DNA of 62,998 nucleotides, the filler included, from Pirum gemmata (taxonomy: Eukaryota), in the NCBI GenBank assembly GCA_002812295.1. It is 18 parts of 18 records of this genome, joined end to end, with 100 filler letters (N's around TTAATTAATTAA, not from the genome) between each part and the next. Parts side by side here need not be neighbours in the genome. Positions count along the whole stretch, not along the records: positions 21,289 to 24,489 come from PDIN01002571.1; positions 24,590 to 28,042 come from PDIN01002572.1; positions 28,143 to 31,594 come from PDIN01002573.1; positions 31,695 to 35,094 come from PDIN01002574.1; positions 35,195 to 38,569 come from PDIN01002575.1; 13 more parts are not named here. One strand, given 5' to 3'. The stretch's first letter is position 1; each line of letters opens with the position of its first letter. Both the position numbers and the translations under genes were made by a program. This document shows positions 24,330 through 36,680 of the stretch, in pieces. The notes beneath the pieces were generated by a model, which made no database searches, had not been told where the DNA came from, and saw only the letters and a list, made by a program, of their open reading frames with translations.

Positions 24330-25740
24330 GTTATACTATATGATAGTAATATGATAGTTATCTATCATACCCTCCTGACAGTTACCTGTCTATAATTATT
24401 TTTTTAAAAATATTATGATATCAATAAACTAAAATATCTTAGCTTATAAAAATAAAAGTGACCATCAATTTTGTGTTTTCATAACTGTTNNNNNNNNNNN
24501 NNNNNNNNNNNNNNNNNNNNNNNNNNNNNNNNNTTAATTAATTAANNNNNNNNNNNNNNNNNNNNNNNNNNNNNNNNNNNNNNNNNNNNTTTTGTTTTTT
24601 CAATTTTTCAAGTCTCTGAATTTCTGAAATAGTTCTGTAGAACATAGACCTAATTGGTTGACATTGGCACAATTCCAATTCTTTTGTTATAGTCTAATTA
24701 TCTGCAGCTTCAGTGCTTTTCATTTATTGTCACTCGGGATATTTATTTGGAGGGTTATAATCTTTAAATTGACATTTTTTTAAAATCAATAAATAAATAA
24801 TAAAATATGCTATCTTAGTGTTTTGAAGTAGAGAACAGTCTAGTTATCATAGTCTAGCTATAGCACCTTCCAGCTACCTTCCTGAGTGACTTCATGAATC
24901 CCAACTTTCCAAGTAGATTTCAAACTATCAACTTTCAAGAACAGTTTTCGTCTCAAGTAATAACATATACGTAGTCTAATATTCAGGGGTGTAATATTTC
25001 ATAAATAATCTAATCCGAATATTAATAAACTAAAACTGCTTTAGCGTTAACATTGATATTATTACACGTTTATTATTATAATAATAATAATAATACAATC
25101 AAAAACTATCAAAATAAAATAAAAATGAAAGCATTAATTACATAAAACATTATAATATATACATTATATAATAATAATTTAATGATTTAGTATTATTATC
25201 TATTCGTGTTACGTCACTGGTAGTATTGATTAACGATATAATAAAATTTAATGATGTTATTGATAATACAATATACCACTATATTTATCATAATATAGTA
25301 ACAAAATATTTACCCTTTTTTAATTAATTAAGTAAAATAAAGTAATAGTGTCATAACTATTGAATACTATATCATAAAAGTTAGAAGAAAATTCAGACGC
25401 ACTGCCAAAATTGTAGACTATTGTAGACTATTATATCTATACTATTATGATAAATATTTGAATTAATAATACTATCAAAGTTTTTTAATATCATAGTAGA
25501 TAGTAGACAGTATACTAAGGCTACTGTAGCTAGCTAGTAGACTATAGTAGACTATTCTCAGGTAGACTATTGCAGTTCTAGACAGATCCTGCAAAAAAAC
25601 AAAAACAAAAAAACAAAAACAAAAAACATTATATAAATTGATTCAAAAATGCAAAATAAAATAAAATAAAATAAAAAACAAAAAAAAGTAAAAAACAAAA
25701 CTAAAAGCACAAAAATTAAAAAACTAAAAATCAAAAAAAT

Positions 25741-25800
<60 letters not shown>

Positions 25801-25820
25801 AAAATAAAATAAAAATAAAA

Positions 25821-26607
25821 ATGGTTAACTTCACACAAATCGCCCTTGCTTCTGCTGCCTCCGCTGCTTTAGTTAACGCTTCTGGTCATGACCACAAACA
25901 CAAAGAATTTCATTTCTCTGAATATGAAGTAAAAATTACCAACTTGGCCTTTAACCAACCTTTGTCCCGTCCAGTGATTTAATGGACAAGCGTCTAAAGG
26001 TCTTCGTATTGTAGCTGAAGATGGTAACCCTGACTTTCTAGAAGCCGAAGCTGAAAAATCCAAGGATGTCAACTCTAAAAGCATCGTTGTGGGTGAAATG
26101 GGTATTCCTCCAAGAGAATCACAAACTTTAACCATCAAAACTACAAAAGATTACCCTTTAATCTCCATGGCATCCATGGCCGTTAACACTAACGATTGCT
26201 TTGTGGCTGTTAATGGTGAGAACATTTATGATTACGATAAAGAATACATGTGGGATTTACCTGGTCTTGATGCTGGTACTGAGGCAAACAATGAATTATG
26301 TACTCATATGCCAGGCCCTGCTTGTCTAGAAAACTCTGGTAACTTGAGAGATGAAGCTGGAGCGGAAGGATTCATTCATGTTCATCGTGGTGTTCATGGA
26401 GTTCAAATGTTTAATAAAACATTAGAACCTTTAGCTGAAAGAGCAAACGGAGGGCCGTTTGCACCTCAATTCTACGATTGGCGTAACCCAATGGTCCGTT
26501 TTGAAGTTGTAAAAACCAAAGAATGCTCTAAAAAATGGATTAAGACAAGATATGGTTACAAATGGGGTGCACTTAAATGCGAACCAGTGTATAACGAGAA
26601 ATATTAA
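25821..26607 (+). pseudogene. Intronless secreted spondin-domain (Spondin_N, bacterial-type) gene, frameshifted at about 25980
   Basis: The ATG 25821 frame gives a signal peptide MVNFTQIALASAASAALVNA then YEVKITNLAFNQPLSRPVI*. The +1 frame continues GQASKGLRIVAEDGNP..ISMASMAVNTNDCF..DAGTEANNE..EGFIHVHRG..YDWRNP. Confidence 0.8.
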
Positions 26608-28144
26608 AGTTCGAAAAGTAAAATTAATAGTAATATAACAGTGAAATAAATACATGATTAAATTTTCTAATTTTTAGAGAAAAGTAAAAGTAATAATAAT
26701 ATTAATCGATTATTATTATACAATAATAGTGAAATAAATAAATTAAATAATATTAATAATCGATTATTATTACACAATAAAATGAAATAAATAATTTATG
26801 ATAATAAATTCTAAGTTTTAGTAATTTAAATATATAATTATAAACTTTTAATAAAAGTAAAATGTATTTTGTTATATAATTAATAACTATTGTCCCTTTT
26901 GATTGTTTTTGAAAACTAGGTACAGTTACAAAATTTTATTCTGGTATACTATACTACTAAATTTAAAACGTAAACAATATAATAAAGTATATCAAACAAT
27001 ATTTTTAATTGAAAAAAGTAAATATGAAATAAAAAGATCAACTTTTAATAATAATTATTGTCAGATTATATTATCATCTCTTTTAGACAAGCAGGGCCTG
27101 GCATATGAGTACACAATTCATTGTTTGCCTCAGTACCAGCATCAAGACCCGGTAAATCCCACATGTATAATTAGTTAATTATTACTATTATCATTATCTT
27201 AATTAATTATATTAATAATATTATATAATTATAATATAATTATATAACTTTGTTATTATTTTTAATTATTATTATTATTATTATTATTATTAAATCGTTA
27301 TAACTATTATTAATAAGTGCATATTATTATTACTATTATCATTATCCTAATATATATATTATATTATTTATAATTATATGCATATTATAACTTTATTATT
27401 ACTATAATATATAACTATTACTATTATTATCATTATTATCATCAGCGTCATAAACTACAATAAAATAAGTGCTTTACTATCATTGGTACTAATTGAAGTA
27501 ATTGGCCAAACAAGCTTTTCTCAAATTTTTATAAAGTTATAATAATATAGTATAAAATATTATAGCTAGATTATATTATATATAATATATAGAATCTGAT
27601 ACAATTTCATGAAAAATATAACTTATTATTTATTATTTATATATATAATTATTGATTTTTTTATAATAACTTTTATTATTGATCATTACTACCTCTCCGT
27701 AGATTTACTAAACAGCCACAGTAATTAGTTCTATATATAATATTATATATAATTAATATTATATTATCATTATTCAATTCATGGTCAATTGATTATTAGT
27801 ATCTTTTGAAATTAATATTAAATTATAAACACCAAATACAATATTACAATATAATATTAATTATTATATATTATACGAAAAAATTCAGATTCTTTACTTT
27901 ATCTTTATACATGTTCGCAATAATAATAAATACAAAGAAAAATTCGAATCCTTTACTTTATATATGTTCGATATAAATTATTCAAATACCACCAAGAAAA
28001 TAAATGATTTGCGTTTTTCTTTGTATTTATTATTATTGAGATNNNNNNNNNNNNNNNNNNNNNNNNNNNNNNNNNNNNNNNNNNNNTTAATTAATTAANN
28101 NNNNNNNNNNNNNNNNNNNNNNNNNNNNNNNNNNNNNNNNNNTG

Positions 28145-30608
28145 CAAAAAAATGAAATTGCTAAGAAAGAAATTTTAGACAAGCTACATTCCATATTTAC
28201 AATTTTTTCAAAAGAATTAGAATGTGATTCATCAACTATTATAAATATAGATAATAGTAGAATTATTAATAAAAAAGAAGAAAACTTTTTTAAATTCAGT
28301 TTTCAGTTCATTTTTCCAAATTTAGGAATGCAAAATACAGAAGCTAGAAAAGCAACGCACAGTTTTCTAGCTGCCTTGCTTAACCAAAAAGGACTTTTTG
28401 ATTCGTTTTCAGAATTATTAAAAAAACATAAAATTGAATGTCCTAAATTTAATTCAGTTTTTGATTCATCGCCCCAAGGTAGGGGTGTATTACGGTTACC
28501 TNAGGAAACTTGAACAATCAGAAACTGTACCTTTACCAAAAGATTTTGATTTTGATGCAGCAGTAATTTTTTTAACCGACTCTAAAGTAAAAATTTGGAG
28601 TTGTGATGAAATTCTTTTGTTAAATCCAGTAAAACATGAAGTGAAACCAAAAAACAAAAAAACTATACCAGTTAACTCAAAAACTGAAAAACCAGTTGAC
28701 TCAAAAACTGAGTCAGAAATTGAGGTAATTTTAAAGGAGTTAACTTATCATAACCCAAAACTATGTGATCATTATCACTCGTGGCTTAATATTTTAGTTG
28801 CAATAAAAAATATCTGTATCAATGATGAGTTCGCATATAATATCGCTATAAATTGGTCAAAAAATTCACCTAAGTTTAACAAGAAGGAATTTGAGAATCA
28901 ATGGTCAAATTTAAATGATTATCAATATCCATATAGTATGCCGTATTTATATAAATTACTAAAAGAAAATATGTCTATAGCTGATTATAAAGATTTTATT
29001 ACGATTTTGCATCCTGTAACATTACCAAAAGGATTTTCATTTCTAGACGAAAGCCAAATTGTTAAGGAATTACTTTCTAATATAAAATTTATAAAAGAAA
29101 AAAACAATACAGTTTATATGTATAATAAAAATACAGCTCTTTATAATAACGAAAAAAAAGTAATTGTAAGTGCGATTCATAAATGGTTGTGTGCTGTGTA
29201 TAACAAACGTATAGATCAAATAGAAGCTGAAATTAGAAGAAAAAAAGAAGCTGAAAATAGAAGAAAAAAAGAAGCTGAAGCTGAAAAGTTAAGATCATGT
29301 GTTAAAAGTCTTACATTTACAAAATGTCAAGGTATATACAATCTAATATGTGGAGATACAGCAGTCGATATTATTTCGACAGATATAAATACTCAAACAG
29401 ACCTTTTACCGATCGCAGATAAAAAAATAATTAATATCCGAACTAAAAATGTCATTGACCGTTGTGAAGATCACTATTTTACACATACAACTGAAAACCA
29501 TTATTTGGGGCCGGACCATCACATGAACCAAGTAAATCAAAAATTTATTAACCAGATGTTTCCTACACCTGAATTATTATATTTTTATAGATGTTTAAAA
29601 AAAACTGCTTTTTGTGGTAGAGTTCATAATAAAATAACTGTATTGAATTTAGGAAAAGGTGACAACGGTAAAAGCGCAGAGGCTAATGTCTCGAAAAAAA
29701 TGCTAGGTAATTTTCAAGCCACTGCTGATCGATCTTTATTATTTGATATTGATAACAACGGGAAGGGTGATAAAAATGCTTTAACCATACTTTTAAACAA
29801 ACCACGGTTAATATATAGTGGTGAACTTCAGAAACGGTGCAAGTTTCTGGTTTCTCATTTGAAAGAAGTGACTGGTGATGATCCCGTTACTTGTAGAAAA
29901 CTCTACAATGACCCGGAATGTACTCAATGTTTAAGTATTATATGTTCAAATGTTAATCATATTCCATACTATGATAATACAGATCCAGCCTTGATAAGTC
30001 GAGTTAAATATTTACCGTTTATTGCAACTTTTTGTAAAGACGTACATGATATGGAAAAAAAGAAAAAAGAACTGGAAGAGGAGTTAAACGAATGTGATGA
30101 GAGTATGAAACCCTATTTAAATAAAAGATTAGAAAATATGACTATAGGAGTACCTGACATAAAAAATCAAATAGATACAGATAGTTTATTTACTTATATT
30201 GTAAACACTAATTTCGATCCTAAAGACTACATTGATATTCCTTCCGATTCAACAGACCTTATTGTTGGTCACATCGAACCTGATAAAATTGCTAAATTCG
30301 TAAATGATTGTATATATAGAACTGATAATGAAAATGATGTCCTTATTGTAAAAGATGAGGCATTTAAATATTTTACTACTTATTGTTCAAATTCAAGTTA
30401 TGCTAGTGCTGCAAAAATGAATATTGATACTTTTATTAAAAGTTTTGAAAAATCCATGGTTGATCGTGGATTTAAAAAAACACAATTTCGACCGAGGCGC
30501 AATGGTATTCGGTTGAATGGCCAAGGTAACAAATTTTTATATTGTCGTTGTACTTTAGAACAGGGGGTTCGAGATTCATATTTATTTTACTTCGAGCATT
30601 TTTTGTAA
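28145..30608 (+). CDS. D5-like primase-helicase (AEP primase C-part + PriCT-2-like + D5_N-like + SF3 helicase), virus/MGE type; 5'-truncated, frame break at the ambiguous base 28502
   Basis: A frame open from 28145 gives KFSFQFIFP and FDSSPQGRGVLRLP up to the N. The 724-aa frame continues with YHSWLNILVAIK..NWSKNSPKF..QWSNL (PriCT-2-like), LLPIADKKIINIRT..HYFT, Walker A GKGDNGKS (29652-29675), Walker B LIYSGE, LKEVTGDDPVTCRKLY, motif C SNVNHIP and ALISRV. No introns. Confidence 0.88.
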
Positions 30609-30881
30609 CCATATAGCTAGAAAACAAACATTTATGTCTTGACTTTTTTTTTGTAATTTTATTAATATTCATATTTATTAACTTTTATTAATACCTTTAT
30701 TTTCTTTAAATAAAAAAAAAAATATTTTGTATTTTTAATTACTTAAATTTGTGTGTATTTTTATTTTTTGGAGGTCGTTTAGACTATTTTTTTTTTCTCA
30801 TTTTCCAGTCCTGCAAAACGTTTTTAGACTATTTTTTTTTTTTCATTTTTTTTGAAGTGTTGGTATACAGTCCGTTTTTTT

Positions 30882-31397
30882 TAGGACACTTTTTTTTTGT
30901 TCAATCTTTTTTTTTGTCCAATTTTTATTTTTATTGATTTCACTAGGCTAATTTAATATTATTGCCGTCCTAAAACCGTTTAGGACACTTTTCCTGTTTT
31001 TTTGTTTTATAGATAGAATTATGGTTGTTGTTTTGTTTTTTGCGTGTCCTATGTCCTAAGAGTTTCAAAAACTTTTTTTATTATATTATATAATATGTAT
31101 TATTATTATGATTTATTATTAAAATTATATTATATTTTTTTTTATATTATATAACTTTTTTTTTTTTAGAAAAGGAAAAAAAACAACAACAGCAGCAGCA
31201 GACAGGACAAAAAAAAATAAAATAAAAGAGTAAAATATCTTTAAAAAATAGCTGTCCTAACAGCTGTCCTAAGAATTTAGAACAACAAAAACAACAAAAA
31301 ACAACAAAAAACAAAATTAAAGATAAACAATCAGTAAAAAAAAAATCCAAAAATCGGTACAAAAAAAATGTCCTAAAAAAAAAAAGTGTTTAGGACA
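30882..31397. repeat. Array of TGTCCTA/TAGGACA motifs in both orientations
   Basis: Exact 7-mers at 30882, 30981, 31045, 31052, 31253, 31265, 31369 and 31391; one-mismatch copies at 30966 and 31203. Confidence 0.8.
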
Positions 31398-31480
31398 CCA
31401 AACTACTACGAGTGGCGGTCTAGACTAGGAGTGGCGGCTGACAGGTTTAGTAGACTATCTAGACAGCTATCTAGACTATT

Positions 31481-31594
31481 AATTAAAAAGTGTCGATGTT
31501 ATACAAAAAGTGTCGATATTAATTAAAAAGTGTCGATGTTATACAAAAAGTGTCGATGTTATACAAAAAGTGTCGATGTTATACAAAAAGTGTC
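31481..31594 (+). repeat. 20-bp tandem repeat (ATACAAAAAGTGTCGATGTT) running into contig end
   Basis: About 5.7 copies in two variant types. Confidence 0.9.
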
Positions 31595-32029
31595 NNNNNN
31601 NNNNNNNNNNNNNNNNNNNNNNNNNNNNNNNNNNNNNNTTAATTAATTAANNNNNNNNNNNNNNNNNNNNNNNNNNNNNNNNNNNNNNNNNNNNTTTGTT
31701 ATTTTGTTATTTTGTTATTTTTGTTATTTTGTTATTTTGTTATTTGTTATTTTGTTATTTTGTTATTTTGTTATTTTGTTTTGTTATTTTGTTATTTTTA
31801 TTACTTTTATTACTTTGTTACTTTGCCACTTTATTACTTTTCCCCTTTTGTATTTTGCTATTTCGTTATTTGTTTTAATTTAATTATTTTGCTATTTTCA
31901 TAATTAAGATCTTAACACATAAATATTCTAATCTAACTGATTGTGATATTAGATATTTCAATATTGACCATCACGGATATTAATCGATAAATGCACAAAT
32001 TCAAAACACACAAACACAAACACAAACAC

Positions 32030-32064
<35 letters not shown>

Positions 32065-34897
32065 CTTTTTTCCCTCAATATCTTCCTCGTGCTCAAGAAC
32101 TTCCAATCCATCTTTAAGAAGTCTGATTGAATCTTCATATTCAGCATTCACATATCGCAAAACACTCAAGTTATTTAATAACTCGGGAACTCCACCACAA
32201 TCCTTATTATTAAGATTTGTTCAAATGTATTAATAAATATAGAAGTTACGAAAGTAAAGTCACACACATAACTATAATCATAATCATAATCATAATTTTA
32301 ATTTTAATCTTAATCTTAATCTTAATCTTAATCTTAATCTTAATCTTAATCTTAATCTTAATCTTAATCAAACCCAAAATATTAATCATACTATCATAAT
32401 CACAAATAAAATTATAATCAAAACCATAATCATAACTACTATAGCTAGTTATAACTATAATTATAACTGTAACTGTAACTATAACTATAACCCATAACCT
32501 ATAACCTATAACCTATAACTTATAACCTATAACTATAATCATAACTATAATTATAACTATAATTATAACTATAATTATAATTCTAATAATAATTATAATT
32601 ATAACTATAACTATAACTATACTATAACTATAACTACAGCAACAAGTATGACTATAACTTTAACTAATAACTATAACTATAACTATAACTATAGCTATAG
32701 CTATAACTATGATTATAATTATAACTATAACTATAACTATAACTATAACTATAACTATAACTATAACTATAACTATAACTATAACTATAACTATAACTAT
32801 ACCTATAACTTTCACTATAACTATAACTATAACTATAACTATAACTATAACTATACCTATAACTATAACTATAACTATAACTATAACTATAACTATAACT
32901 ATAACTATAACTATAACTATAACTATAACTATAACTATAACTATATATAACTATAATCATAATCATAATCATAATCAGAATTGTAAAGAGAGGTACAACT
33001 GAAGTTAAATTAGTAGAAGAAGTAGTAGTTAGAAGTAAAAGTAGAAGTATAATTACAATTTAAGTATTAGTCTTAGTGTAAATAATAATATAACCAAGCA
33101 TAAAGATAAGGCAAACATAAACATAGGAGTAGAAGTAGAAGTAGAAGTAAAGAATAATTATAATTATAAGTATTAGTCTTAGTATAGGTATTAATATAAC
33201 CAAGCATAAGCATAAACACAAACATAAAGTCAAACATAACCATAACATAAACCCAACATTACTTTAATTAAATTATCAAAAAACTAGAACTCATAAAATA
33301 CCTCATTGTTCAAAATTTCAATAGCTTTCTTATATGAATTAATAGAATCCTCCAAATCGATTCTTTTTTAAAATAATAAAAATAAAATAAATAAATAAAT
33401 GTATTATGTAAATTGCACTATAGCGTTAGAATAAGTAACAAAATGATGATAGTGATGAGAAGGGTTAGATAAAAGTCACCTTTCTCCTAGAATAGCTCTC
33501 TCAATCCAAGCTTCGACATCGTTAGGAACCTGATCGGTAACCTGCAAGTACATTAAAACAGTTTGGTATATAATGTTATTGGGCAATAACATAACTATTT
33601 AATGTTGTGCTTGTTGTTGTTATTGTAATTTATGCATACACTCGTTCTTAATAAACACTGGTGTTACTAGTAGCGGTGGTGGTTTCAACGACAACAGTAA
33701 AGATTAGAAAATAATGTTGTGATTGTGATTGTGATTGTGATTGTTATAGTTATTGTATTTTATGTATACACTCATTGTTAATAAACACTAGTGTTACTAG
33801 TAGCGGTGGTGATGGTAGTAGTAGTAGTAGAAGTTTCAACATTAATAAAAAAAATTAGAAAAATAATAAAATGATACAACCAACAACAACGACAACAACA
33901 ACAACAACGACGATGACGACGATAACGACGACGACAACCAAGATAACGACGACAAAAAATAATTAAAATAACCGTAGGTTGGGTAAATTGGTGATAGTTA
34001 TACGAAAAGAAAAAAACATAGCTTACTTTCTTGATATATTCATAAGCTTTAACTGGTGATTTAACAGCATGAAGGTGAGCCAATATCTTACAACATTCAT
34101 AATTATCCTGGCATTTTTCTGAAACCTAATAATACAAAAATGAAACAAAGATTATAAACAAAATATACAAGTCATATTAAAATCGAATTTACTCGTTCTC
34201 TTAACGTTAAAATTGGGTCTATTAAAGTAGTTAAATTATTAGGTCTCCCCGATAGCTGCATGTTCAAAAATCAGCAACTTCGAGATACATTCTATATATA
34301 ATATCTAACAGTTTTTAACATTTTCGATCATTTTCGAACTTGCTTAGATATTATGAAAATCGTATGTAATTATTTCTCAATTTCACGGCACAATTCGAGT
34401 TTTTGGCGTGAAAAAGATACAACTTTTGACTTGAAATTTCTTCTGCAGAAGTAGTTTAAAAAAAAAAAATAGGCTTCCTAATAGTTGCATGTTCAAAAAT
34501 CAGCAACCTCGAGATTTTGGAAAGATATATATTTTATATCAAACAGTTTTTATCATTTTTGATCATTTTCGAACTTATTTAGATATTATGAAAAATGTAT
34601 CTGTAATTATTTCTCAATTTTATGCCACAACTCGATTTTTGGCTTGAAAAAGGTACAACTGTAACAGCCCTGAAAAACATATGCATCTTTGGGGGAAACC
34701 TATTAATTGTACTCACTGAATAATAATTAAATACCCAAAACTAAAACTATAATTACAACCATTAACTTAACCCGTGATTTTACCTTCTCTATATAACGTA
34801 GCGCATTATCAATCTCACCACGATATAGATACATCTGCCCTAATCCATACTGAGCCAGGACAAGAGAAGCATCAAAAGAGCTTGCTTTGTAATAATA
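32065..34897 (-). CDS. CTR9: PAF1 complex TPR subunit CTR9, internal fragment; exons 34897-34784, 34125-34027, 33541-33480, 33362-33302, 32202-32065
   Basis: Phase-consistent splicing gives YYYKASSFDASLVLAQYGLGQMYLYRGEIDNALRYIEK|VSEKCQDNYECCKILAHLHA..IKK|VTDQVPNDVEAWIERAILGER|IDLEDSINSYKKAIEIL..|..VPELLNNLSVL, colinear with CTR9 as recalled (GLGQMYIYRG, NYETMKIL, PDDVEAWIE, PEILNN). Confidence 0.9.
32440..32975 (+). repeat. (ATAACT)n intronic microsatellite in CTR9
   Basis: Read directly; source of the NY/IT/YS pseudo-ORFs. Confidence 0.92.
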
Positions 34898-35279
34898 CTA
34901 GAACAACAACAACAAACAAACGAACAAACAACAACAACAACAACAACAATCGCAATGACGATATTAAAAAATAGATCATTATATTATTAAACAAATTATT
35001 AAACATAATCATCGAATTGCACAGTGGCGTATATGGGTATTGTGACGTGTATGTATATGTGTAAAAATAGCAATAATAATAGTAATAATAATAANNNNNN
35101 NNNNNNNNNNNNNNNNNNNNNNNNNNNNNNNNNNNNNNTTAATTAATTAANNNNNNNNNNNNNNNNNNNNNNNNNNNNNNNNNNNNNNNNNNNNAATAAT
35201 AATAATAAATAATAGTTCTAATAATAATAATAAAAGTAATAACAAATACTAGTAATAATAGTCCCCTTGATATATGCAG

Positions 35280-36680
35280 GCGGCTGATTACCAAAACTAA
35301 TAATCATAAGATAACATAGTAGAATGAAACTTGAAAGCTCATAATCTATTATTTTTTTTATTGTATTCATTTATTTATCATTACCATAATATTTTTTATT
35401 CTTTATTTCATTTTTTTCAAAAAGAAAAGAATCTTTTAATGGTACCCAGTAATATTTTTTGTGTATTGGTATATTAGTTGGTTTATTTATTATTATTATT
35501 TTAGTGTTATTATTATTATTAATATTAATGAGTATTTGTATATAATTAGGTTTATTTATATTATTATTATTATTATTTTATTGTTATTTTTATTTTTATT
35601 ATTATTTAAAATCAAACTAGTAACTAAGAGGATTTTGCATAACAATAAAACAAATATTAGAACTAAGAATAATATAATGGTATCCAGTAATATTTTTGGG
35701 GAATTTGTATATACTTAATTAGTTTATTTATTTTTTACTGACCTTATTATTATATTTTGGGGAATTTGTATATACTTAATTAGTTTATTTATTTTTTACT
35801 GACCTTATTATTATTTTTTTTAAAAAGAGATCAAACCATTAATTTGGAGGTTTTGTCATGACAATAAATTCAAATAACAGAAATAAAAGAAATTTAATGG
35901 CACCTAGTACTGTTAGGTGAAATTTTATATAATTAGTTGGTTTATTTATTATTATTATTATTTTATTATTATTATTATTATTATTACTATTATTATTATT
36001 ATTATTATTTTAAAGCAAACTAGTAAGTAAGAGGTTATGTCATAACAATAAATCTAAATATTAGAAACAAAAAGAATTTAATGGTATTTAGTAATATTGT
36101 ATATAATTAGTTAGTTTATTAATTTATTGTTTGTAAGTAGGAGGTTTTGTCATGACCATAAATTCAAATGCTAAAAATAAAAAGAAATTTAATGATATCC
36201 AGTAATATTTTTGGGGAATTTGTAAAGAATTAGTTAGTTTATTATACCATTTACTTGGTCATTAACCTTTTTAATATTAAGTACCAATAATGGTCACGTT
36301 CTACAACACTTCCACAAACAATTACTTAGTACGACAAACTTTCGAATGTTCGAGATTTTTCCTACTTTCATTTATTTATTTATTATTAATCATTGTTTAT
36401 TATTAGTATTTTTTAAAAAATCAAACCAGTAAGTACGAGGTTTTGTCTTGACAATAAATCCAAATATTAGAAATAAAAAGAAATTTAATACATATGGTAT
36501 CCAGTAATATGTTTGGGGATTGTAAATACAATTAGTTAGTTCATTGTACCATACATTTGGTCTACAACCAGTAAGATATCACCATTTCCAATATTAGATA
36601 CCAATAATGGTCATGTTCCACAACACTGCCACAAACACTTGGCAATATATTATCCAGTATGGCAAACATTCGAACCTATA
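35280..36680 (+). repeat. Degenerate tandem repeat region (about 6 units of 150-300 bp)
   Basis: GAGGTTTTGTCATGACAATAAA..AGAAATAAAAAGAAATTTAATGGTATCCAGTAATATTTTTGGGGAATTTGTA recurs with divergence. Confidence 0.7.

Noticed and set aside
25969..25990. 22-nt GT-AG mini-intron that would restore the spondin frame
   Set aside because: It would delete still more of the domain, and all other introns here are much longer. A deletion or assembly error is simpler.
27086..27150. Possible isolated exon (AG..GTAAAT)
   Set aside because: Too short, frame ambiguous, and no partner exons identified.
28434..28501. N-terminus MNVLNLIQ.. of the listed 724-aa ORF
   Set aside because: Wrong frame before the N at 28502; the primase motifs lie in the 28145/28328 frame.
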